NCBI GenBank assembly: GCA_030646915.1
Contig: JAUSKT010000001.1
Location: forward strand, 1-63,434
Reading direction: 5' to 3'
Source: a bacterium
GTDB lineage: Bacteria; Patescibacteriota; Minisyncoccia; UBA6257; 02-FULL-45-10c
Length of the DNA stretch: 63,434 nucleotides
Position numbers and translations under genes: made by a program. This document shows positions 7,171 to 14,532 of the stretch, in pieces (position 1 is the stretch's first letter; each line of letters starts with the position of its first letter). The notes beneath the pieces were generated by a model. That model did no database searches, had not been told where the DNA came from, and was given only the letters and a program-made list of their open reading frames with translations.

Positions 7171-7343
7171 AAAGTTTTACTTGTTTATCGTGCAGTAACT
7201 ACGGAGGCGCTAAAAGCTTGGTATTTTACTTAACCAAAAAAATTACTTTTTGGTTAAGTAAAATTTTTAGCGCTGAGGGGTAGGAGCCGCTTACCGCAGG
7301 AGCAAGCGGACTCCGGTACTGTCAGATAAATAAGTAAAACTTT
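7171..7343. repeat. Nested palindromic ~173-bp element downstream of the 16S processing stem
   Basis: Outer 19-bp IR AAAGTTTTACTTGTTTATC / GATAAATAAGTAAAACTTT (1 mismatch). Inner long hairpin GCGCTAAAA...TTTTAGCGC (7208-7272) and hairpin GGAGCCGCTT...AAGCGGACTCC. Confidence 0.7.
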
Positions 7344-7612
7344 AAAAGAAAACTTTCTAGTTATCCCAACCTTATGCGGCTGCTTATTCAGCAACGAGCA
7401 AATCGAGACTTAAAGCTCCTCGATCAAAACTTTTCTATATGCTTTCGCATATTATCGTTCTTAATCAAATATAAATATTTGATTTTTGTTTAATTGATCC
7501 ACGCACAGCTTCCGCTACGCGTGCCTTGTTACGACTTCTTCCATGTCACCGATCTTACCCTAAGCCCAGCGAACTGGGATTTCAGGTATTACCGGCTCCC
7601 CTGAAGTGACGG

Positions 7613-8495
7613 ATTGAACTCATTGGGTTAATGGTTCGTTCCCATTCCGACTTAATATCGGAACTTCGACTTTCCATATCGAAGCTGAACATACGGATTT
7701 CCCGTATTCAGCGAGCCCGGTATTGATGCATCTGCTTTTTTAGTTGCTTAATTTTTTCTATTCCTTTTTTATCCCAATGCTTCTTTTTTAATACCAATTT
7801 AATAATCTTTTTAAACAAAAGATAATCATAAATTTTCTTACTTTGAAGCTTATGTCGGTCAAAAAATGGAATAATCACACCGCAAATCTCTTTTAAATTG
7901 GTAGTTTCGTAACGATAACAATTATGGTGGTTAGGCCTCCTATCCAATTGGAAAGAAATCCTGCCAACCTTAAAAAATTCTTTTACTTTTTTAAGCAAAA
8001 ATAAATCATCGTCACGCAACTTAATGTAATAATGGCATTCAATTCTATAATTCTTTGACTGCCATTTAGATTGCGGCGGCTTAATATATATAGTGAAGCT
8101 TCCTTCACCATCAGTTAAGCCAACTATATATTCTGCAGATAACATAAATATTATTCCGGTTAGGCCCTTCCCGAATACATAAACATTCTATGCTCCGGTA
8201 CTATGGCACTAGCTGACTTCCTAAAAATCTTTTCTAACCCGATTTTTTAGGATCTCTTTGGGTCACTTATTTTACTTTTCCTAACATCCCGACTTTATAC
8301 TTAAATTTTTGAACTTCCTGACTGACCGCCCGCAGGAGTCGTTCAATTTTATCTTAACATGGGCTGTTATTTGCCTCAAGCCCTCCATCCAAATTATTAC
8401 TAATGTGGACTGCTATTTTTGGCTACGCTCCGATAGACAATCGGAGGAGTGGATTTTAACTACTTAGTAAAACAAGCTGCCAAACACAGTTATTT
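7613..8495 (-). mobile_element. Intervening sequence (probable self-splicing intron) inside the universally conserved 1392-1407 segment of 16S, carrying a homing-endonuclease ORF
   Basis: Exon junction GTACTCACCGCC | ... | CCGTCACTTCAGG, compared with canonical GYACACACCGCCCGTCAC. Boundaries are good to +/- 2 nt. Confidence 0.75.
7708..8145 (-). CDS. LAGLIDADG homing endonuclease (single-motif, homodimer type)
   Basis: 145 aa with N-terminal EYIVGLTDGEGSF. Same strand as the rRNA and inside the insertion. Confidence 0.9.
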   Translation of the reverse strand: MLSAEYIVGLTDGEGSFTIYIKPPQSKWQSKNYRIECHYYIKLRDDDLFLLKKVKEFFKVGRISFQLDRRPNHHNCYRYETTNLKEICGVIIPFFDRHKLQSKKIYDYLLFKKIIKLVLKKKHWDKKGIEKIKQLKKQMHQYRAR

Positions 8496-8538
8496 GGCGG
8501 TGAGTACAGGACTCGAGAACGTATTCACCGCGGCGTGA

Positions 8539-8574
<36 letters not shown>

Positions 8575-8812
8575 GCGAGTTTCAGCCTCCAATCTGAACT
8601 GGGGCCATTTTTGTTGGGATTAGCTCCGCCTTGCGGCTTGGCAACCCATTGTAATGGCCATTGTAGCACGAGTGTAGCCCAGGGTATCAAAGGGCCATGC
8701 TGATTTGACGTCATCCCCGCCTTCCTCCCCCAAACAGAGGGCAGTTTCCGATGACACTTGTAACATCAGATAAGGGTTGCGCTCGTTACCCCACTTAAGG
8801 GAACATTTCAAA

Positions 8813-8843
<31 letters not shown>

Positions 8844-8969
8844 GAATAATGTCCTTGAGAGAAGGCCACCGTTTCTGGCGGCTTTCATTATTCTTTCAAA
8901 CCCTGGTAAGGTTTCTCGCTTACTGTCGAATTGAACCTCATGCTCCACCGCTTGTGCGAGTCCCCGTCT

Positions 8970-9001
<32 letters not shown>

Positions 9002-10307
9002 TCCCAGGCGGTCTACTTAACGCGTTAGCTTCGCCACCCCGAGGGTCGATACTCGAGATAGCCAGTAGACATCGTTTAGGGCGTGGACTACAAGGGTATC
9101 TAATCCTTTTTGCTCCCCACGCTTTCGTGCTTTAGAGTCAGTAATGCGCCAGCTAAATGCCTTCGCCTTTGGTATTCCCCACGATATCAACGGATTTCAC
9201 CCCTACACCGTGAGTTCTATTAGCCTCTCGCACACTCTAGTCCGATCGTATTCCTTGCAGCCCCAAAGTTGAGCTCTGGGATTTAACAAGAAACGTGTCG
9301 GTCCTCCTACGCACTCTTTACGCCCAATAAATCCGGATAACGCTTGGAGCCCTCGTATTACCGCGGCTGCTGGCACGAGGTTAGCAGCTCCTTATTCCTA
9401 CAGTACAATCAGCCTTGCGGCTTTTTCCTATAGAAAAGAAGTTTACGATCCGAAGACCTTCATCCTTCACGCGGCGTCGCTCGATCAGGCTTTCGCCCAT
9501 TGTCGAATATTCTCGACTGCTGCCACCCGTAGGTGTACGTTCCGTGTCTCAGTAACGTCGTTGGGGATCAGCCTCTCAGCCCCCCTACTGGTCGTAGCCT
9601 TGGTAGGCCATTACCCTACCAACTAGCTGATCAGACCTAGGTCGCTCCCGAAGCCCCTTGCGAGATTTACTCTTGCGAGACCATCGGATATTAGCCCAGC
9701 TTTCGCTGGGTTATTTCCGTCTTCGGGGTACGTACCAAGGTGTTACTAACTCGTTCGCCACTAATCAGTTATTGATGTAATCACAAACTGATCCGTATGA
9801 CTTGCATGCCTTATCCACGCCGCCAGCGTTCATCCTGGACCAGGATCAAATCCTCTAAATAAAAATCAGTTGCACGAAACCCTCGAACGAGTTTCTAGCA
9901 ACTAACCTTTTATTGGGACAACTAGAAAATTTTCAATCTACAGAATTCCTGTGTTCTGCAGATTATTACTTTTTTACTTTTACTTTTTTGAACTTATTGA
10001 ACTTTTTTGGACCCGCTCATCCGCCAACTGGCGAATAAACGATTTTGCATATCATTTTTTACTAAATTAAAAAATGATACATTTACTACCCACTTGAAAG
10101 GATAGTTTCTTATGGTGATTTTGAAAATCACATTTTTCAAAGTGGCCTGTATTTATGTAACCCTTCGATAAACTCAGGGTAATTCCTACCGGAATTAAAT
10201 AAATACACCCGCCTCACCTCTCTGTTTCCACAAAGGTAAGGCGGATGCACTAAAAATATTTCTATTAAATTTTAAAGCTTAAATTGTTTTATCGTTAATA
10301 CTTATTT

Positions 10308-10335
10308 AGTATATTCATATTTCAAAAACTGTCAA
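10308..10335 (-). promoter_or_regulatory. Candidate rRNA promoter (TTGACA-16-TATACT on the minus strand), ~450 nt upstream of mature 16S
   Basis: Minus strand: GGGGGTTGACAgtttttgaaatatgaaTATACT. An alternative A-tract-rich promoter region lies at 9960-10015. Confidence 0.45.
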
Positions 10336-10405
10336 CCCCCACACCTAATGAGTTTTGGTTCGCTATAAGCAAACGAAATTTAACTAAACTCATTAGGTGT
10401 GGGGG
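10336..10405. repeat. 20-bp perfect inverted repeat CCCCCACACCTAATGAGTTT / AAACTCATTAGGTGTGGGGG with a 30-nt loop
   Basis: Read directly. Related C5/G5-clamped hairpins occur at 47299-47341 and 28500-28526. Confidence 0.85.
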
Positions 10406-10485
10406 TCAATAGGTGCTATAGCCTAACAAAAACTCGCTAAAAAGCGAGTTTTTGTTAATAAAAATTCTCGAGAATTTTTAACGCT

Positions 10486-10722
10486 TTAGGCAGCGTTGCA
10501 AGTGCCGCAATCTTTGCAATCCATTTTAACCGGAGCTGATAAAGCGGCTAAAATTAATGCATTCCAATACCAAGCAAGTGGTTCTAATCCCAACACTAAT
10601 CCTCTCTGATAAACCGCCACCCAGGCCATAACCAAAGATAAGGCTCCCAAACCCCACAATACCTTCCAAAGCAAACACTTTAAACTGTGGCTTAAAAGAT
10701 TTTTCATAATATAATTATTCAA
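10486..10722 (-). CDS. Small two-TM membrane protein with C-terminal CxxCGxC motif (paralog of 26598-26852)
   Basis: Shared core LVMAWVAVYQRGLV(L/F)GLEPLAWYWNAL. C-terminus CKDCGTCNAA. Confidence 0.7.
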   Translation of the reverse strand: MNNYIMKNLLSHSLKCLLWKVLWGLGALSLVMAWVAVYQRGLVLGLEPLAWYWNALILAALSAPVKMDCKDCGTCNAA

Positions 10723-10774
10723 TTTCTCAAACGACCTTTTTTAAATTATAACACAAAACCCGATAATAATCGGG

Positions 10775-11017
10775 TTAAATAACTAATACTTTTCTTTCAA
10801 ATTTAAACAGTTTAAAATCTCTGTACTCTTCGTGCCTTATTCGGGCTTCTTTGAATGTTTGAAATTGTTTAATGGCGTCAGTATCATTTTTTGCATTTTT
10901 AAGAATTACTATCCGTTTCTTCCAATCTATTTTAAACCTTCTCGGACCAAGCATTTTACCGATGAAAGCGCTGCGCCATTGGATCATATACATAACCGCC
11001 TCTGCCCTCTTTGCCAT
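10775..11017 (-). CDS. Small hypothetical protein (80 aa), monocistronic
   Basis: Own TTGACA promoter (11075-11080) and hairpin terminator (AAACCCGATAATAATCGGGTT). Confidence 0.55.
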   Translation of the reverse strand: MAKRAEAVMYMIQWRSAFIGKMLGPRRFKIDWKKRIVILKNAKNDTDAIKQFQTFKEARIRHEEYRDFKLFKFERKVLVI

Positions 11018-11103
11018 TTTTATTTTTTTGATTACAAAATAACTAATAAGAATATAAGGGGTTTATGATATCCTTGTCAAACAAAAAACCGGCTTTTACC
11101 GGT

Positions 11104-11343
11104 TTATAAAATAACGCTCCTAATCTCCAGAAGATGCGGGGTTCCACCAATAGTCTTATCGTCTTTGTGCGCCTCTTGCCATCCCTTAAGTTCTAATTTT
11201 GCCTCTGCTAAAGTTGTGGCCGATAAGCGCGCTTCTTCGCCAAACCATACTTCCCCTCCTTTTGGGATTTTCATAATCCTTGCAAAATTAATTCTGTAAG
11301 AAACTATATCCTGATAATCTTTAGGCTTTGCTTCCTCTGCCAT
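11104..11343 (-). CDS. Small hypothetical protein (79 aa), monocistronic
   Basis: Own TTGACA promoter (11396-11401). Terminator AACCGG-ctttta-CCGGTT plus a T-run at 11086-11103. Confidence 0.55.
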   Translation of the reverse strand: MAEEAKPKDYQDIVSYRINFARIMKIPKGGEVWFGEEARLSATTLAEAKLELKGWQEAHKDDKTIGGTPHLLEIRSVIL

Positions 11344-11416
11344 ATTTTATTATAAAAATTTCAGCTGATTTGAGGATATATTTATATTTCCATTATGTCA
11401 ATAAAAAAACCCGGCA

Positions 11417-11686
11417 TTAGCCAGGTTTTGTTTTTATTTCTTCCAAACGAAAGAGCTTCCAACTCTTAATCTTGCTGAACTTGCTCAGTTCTTCTTTCTT
11501 CCTGGAAGATTCTTCGTTCGCTTCATCCAATGTCATTTCTTCTTCAAATCTCAATTCCCTCTCCTCAATTTTTGTATCAGGATAAGGATGGATTTCTACT
11601 TTATAACTTACCAGATATCTGCTCTTGGTCGGCAGAAAAGCCTTCTTGATACAATCAAGATCCGGCTGTCCCTTTGACTGCGTCAT
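11417..11686 (-). CDS. Small hypothetical protein (89 aa), monocistronic
   Basis: Own TTGACA promoter (11744-11749). Terminator at 11403-11429. Confidence 0.55.
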   Translation of the reverse strand: MTQSKGQPDLDCIKKAFLPTKSRYLVSYKVEIHPYPDTKIEERELRFEEEMTLDEANEESSRKKEELSKFSKIKSWKLFRLEEIKTKPG

Positions 11687-11750
11687 TTTATGAGTCCTTA
11701 TTTTTATTAAACTATTTTATAGAATAATCTTAAGGGCAATAAATGTCAAA

Positions 11751-11828
11751 CCAGGAAGTGAAACTTCGGTGGCTATACGCGATCAGCCACGACTTTATGT
11801 CGTGGCTAACCGAAGTTCTACTTCCTGG
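11751..11828. repeat. Compound hairpin: 20-bp imperfect outer IR enclosing a 9-bp perfect hairpin
   Basis: CCAGGAAGTGAAACTTCGGT ... AGCCACGAC-tttat-GTCGTGGCT ... ACCGAAGTTCTACTTCCTGG. Confidence 0.8.
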
Positions 11829-11880
11829 CAAACAAAAAACCTGATATTAATCAGGTTACAAAAATTTATTACTTAACTAT

Positions 11881-12342
11881 TTATAATTCTACGAGCTCAA
11901 TATTTTGATAATCTTCCGGATTTTTTAAATTGCTTTTCCAATTGCTGAACTGCCAATTGGCTGAACCGCGAACAATCCTCCCCAAACGAATCTCTTGAGG
12001 TAGCCATTTTGGGAGGAGAATAGCGACTGATTCGGTCATTTTTTCAAATTTAATCACAAAATCGCGAACCTCATTAACTTTATGCGGATCCCTAGCTGCT
12101 CCTGCCAAAGATAGTTTGCGAGTCATTTTTCTAATCTCTAACAATTCTAAAACCGTAATCCGGGTAAAACCCATTATATCTTGCTCGCGCTTCAGCCAAG
12201 ACTCCAAAGATCGCCGAGCAGCAGTTTCGTTTTTGCCAGTTAATTTTTTAGAATCAATAGTAGTTTCGGTGCCAGCGCGGTCCGGGTTTTCTTCTACTCT
12301 ACGATATTTAACCCAATATTCTCGAACTTGCTTGCTGGCCAT
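11881..12342 (-). CDS. Hypothetical protein (153 aa)
   Basis: Own TTGACA promoter (12401-12406), overlapping back-to-back with the rpmE promoter. Terminator at 11833-11857. Confidence 0.6.
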   Translation of the reverse strand: MASKQVREYWVKYRRVEENPDRAGTETTIDSKKLTGKNETAARRSLESWLKREQDIMGFTRITVLELLEIRKMTRKLSLAGAARDPHKVNEVRDFVIKFEKMTESVAILLPKWLPQEIRLGRIVRGSANWQFSNWKSNLKNPEDYQNIELVEL

Positions 12343-12438
12343 CTTTTCTTTAATTGTTTTATTTAAGTTCTAAAAAGAGTATAGATTACACTAAAAAACT
12401 TGTCAAACTAAAAATTCTCATATATAGTAGTAACTACT

Positions 12439-12702
12439 ATGAAATCCGACATTCACCCGACATATTATCCTAAAGCAAAAGTTAAATGCGCTTGCGGGGC
12501 GGTTTTTGAGGTTGGCTCCACCCAGTCAGAACTTCGTGTTGAAATTTGTTCTCACTGCCATCCATTTTTTACCGGAAAAGAAAATCTTATTGATACCGCG
12601 GGCAAGGTGGAACGCTTCAAAGCCCGAAGAGCCAAAGCTGCCGCAAAACCAAAAACGGTAAAAAAACCGCGCGTCAAAAAAATCAAGACACAAAAATCTT
12701 AA
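12439..12702 (+). CDS. rpmE: 50S ribosomal protein L31 (zinc-binding type)
   Basis: [10 protein letters not shown]...CACG...[11 protein letters not shown]. Confidence 0.93.
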   Translation: MKSDIHPTYYPKAKVKCACGAVFEVGSTQSELRVEICSHCHPFFTGKENLIDTAGKVERFKARRAKAAAKPKTVKKPRVKKIKTQKS

Positions 12703-12783
12703 CCATTTTCGGATAACGAATCATGAATAATGAATCATGGGAAATTTTTTATTCCTAATTCATTATTCCTAATTCATAATTCT

Positions 12784-13521
12784 ATGACTCAAAAAATAAT
12801 TTTGGAAATCCGGGGCGGAGCAGGCGGCGACGAAGCTTCAATTTTTGCCGGCGATCTTGCGAGAATGTACCAACGCTATTCCGCAACCCGCAGCTGGAAA
12901 TTCAGCATTCTTGATACCAGCCCGGGAACACTCGGCGGATACAAAACTTTCATCAGCCGGATTGAAGGCGAAGGTTCTTATGACGCCTTAAAATACGAAT
13001 CTGGCGTCCACCGAGTCCAAAGAATCCCTCAAACCGAAAAAGCCGGCCGAGTACATACATCTACCGCCACAGTAGCCATACTTCCGGTAGTAGAACCGAA
13101 AGAAGTAAATATAAATCTAAACGATTTGGAAGTTACTTTTTCCCGCGCTGGCGGCCCGGGCGGACAAAACGTAAATAAAATTGAATCGGCAGTCAGAATC
13201 ACGCATAAACCGACCGGCATAGTAGTTTCCTGCCGGGAAGAACGGAATCAGCATGCCAACCGCGAACGGGCAATGGAAGTTTTGCGTTCCAAGCTTTATG
13301 AAATGCAAAAAGAAAAAGAAGTTGGCAATATTACCGAAGCAAGGCGCGAACAAGTCGGAACGGCCGACCGCTCGGAAAAAATCCGCACCTATAACTTCCC
13401 GGATGACCGGATTACCGACCATCGGTTCAATGTTAAAGTCCATAATCTGGAAAAAATCTTTGATGGTAATTTAGATATATTGCTGGAAAAAATCACCAAA
13501 CAAACCAAAAAAGAAGCATAA
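12784..13521 (+). CDS. prfA: Peptide chain release factor 1 homolog lacking N-terminal domain 1
   Basis: [24 protein letters not shown] (domain 2 start), [16 protein letters not shown] (PxT position), [13 protein letters not shown] (GGQ), [14 protein letters not shown]. Only ~80 nt separate it from rpmE. Confidence 0.85.
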   Translation: MTQKIILEIRGGAGGDEASIFAGDLARMYQRYSATRSWKFSILDTSPGTLGGYKTFISRIEGEGSYDALKYESGVHRVQRIPQTEKAGRVHTSTATVAILPVVEPKEVNINLNDLEVTFSRAGGPGGQNVNKIESAVRITHKPTGIVVSCREERNQHANRERAMEVLRSKLYEMQKEKEVGNITEARREQVGTADRSEKIRTYNFPDDRITDHRFNVKVHNLEKIFDGNLDILLEKITKQTKKEA

Positions 13522-13647
13522 TGTGGCTAAATCAATTCGCAAAGCGAATTGATTGCCCGAACATTTTACTTAGTAAAATGTTTTAGGGAAGAAGTCCTAG
13601 ATGGAAATTTTGACGCTATTTTAAAAAAGATAAATAAATCCCAATAA

Positions 13648-13672
13648 GAAAACTGCCTTACGGCAGTTTTTT
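13648..13672. terminator. Bidirectional intrinsic terminator (AACTGCC-ttac-GGCAGTT flanked by A/T runs)
   Basis: Read directly. It lies between the convergent prfA and 13676-14170. Confidence 0.65.
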
Positions 13673-13675
13673 ATT

Positions 13676-14170
13676 TTAAGAATGCATGGAGTCTAGCGTT
13701 GCATGCGCATATGCCCTGAATTCATCTTCATCTACTCGTAAAGATGTTTTACAAGAAGGGCAATTGAATCTAAATTGATATCCTTCCACTACGCCATGCG
13801 CATCTGATATTACGCCATGCTGGGCCTGCATTTCTTTGATTTCATCTAAATAATGCTTTCTACCGCACTCACCGCACTTAACTTCTGTGTAATATAAAAT
13901 TTTTTCTTGGAAAGTTTTGAGGCGCTTATTTAAAACTTCCTCCATTAACGGATTTTTAAATTCTTCTGAACAAAATTTTTCTATCGCTTTTTCAGAATTT
14001 CCGTATTTCTGGATTGCATTCGCATAAATCCGATGGGCGGAATATTCTGTTTTTTGGGAAAGTTCAGCGACTAACTGCGCTGTTTTTAAAGAAACCTTCA
14101 GCTCTTTTACATCTCCGGAACCCAGAACGATATCCAAAACTCGCATATCGCCATTTTTCTGCTTTGGCAT
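13676..14170 (-). CDS. Hypothetical protein with C-terminal zinc-ribbon (CGECG...CPSC)
   Basis: 164 aa. TTGACA-17-TATATT promoter upstream. Confidence 0.6.
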   Translation of the reverse strand: MPKQKNGDMRVLDIVLGSGDVKELKVSLKTAQLVAELSQKTEYSAHRIYANAIQKYGNSEKAIEKFCSEEFKNPLMEEVLNKRLKTFQEKILYYTEVKCGECGRKHYLDEIKEMQAQHGVISDAHGVVEGYQFRFNCPSCKTSLRVDEDEFRAYAHATLDSMHS

Positions 14171-14245
14171 TGCAACGCTCTTTTTTATTTAAATCTGCTG
14201 CTAATAATATACCAATAAAATTAAAAAGTGTCAAAACAATAGCCC

Positions 14246-14437
14246 CTAATCTTTAATCTGCTTCTCAATTTCCTTAAGCTTAATTTCCATTTTTGCTTTA
14301 ACTTCTGGATCTAAATCAATTTCTTTCCTGTCAAATTTTCTTAAAGTTTCAAAAATTTCGCTCCAGCGCCTTTGTTTTTCCGAACGGGATTTCGCCCGTT
14401 CAGGATGTTCGCCCAAAGCTCTTTCAAATAAAGACAT
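14246..14437 (-). CDS. Small hypothetical charged/helical protein (63 aa)
   Basis: ORF only. Confidence 0.4.
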   Translation of the reverse strand: MSLFERALGEHPERAKSRSEKQRRWSEIFETLRKFDRKEIDLDPEVKAKMEIKLKEIEKQIKD

Positions 14438-14465
14438 ACTTTAAATATAATTTAACTATTTAAAA

Positions 14466-14528
14466 TATCAACCCCGTTAGAGGCAGAGGCGCGCTGCGTG
14501 CCCTCGCGGCCTCTAACGGGGTCAATAT
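14466..14528. repeat. G+C-rich palindromic element (arms ATATCAACCCCGTTAGAGGC / GCCTCTAACGGGGTCAATAT), intergenic copy
   Basis: Read directly. Shares the CCCGTTAGAG...CTCTAACGGG arms with 21214-21283. Confidence 0.85.
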
Positions 14529-14532
14529 CTAC

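Noticed and set aside
7201-7210. CGCCTCCGTA on the minus strand as a displaced anti-SD, which would imply a second insertion after GGATCA.
   Set aside because: It lies beyond the 22-bp leader-trailer processing stem (7348-7369), inside a palindromic element, and matches only CCTCC. It is most likely coincidental. It is retained as a refutation test for the anti-SD finding.
7708-8145. Treating the LAGLIDADG gene as evidence of an intein or a free-standing mobile gene.
   Set aside because: It is embedded in a non-coding insertion within an rRNA gene, on the rRNA strand, with no host protein exteins. An intron or intervening-sequence context fits better.
12730-12783. The N-terminal 18 residues of the track ORF for prfA ([18 protein letters not shown]).
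   Set aside because: They are encoded by an A/T-rich repeat/hairpin region with no similarity to RF1. The Met at 12784 precedes the conserved domain-2 start.
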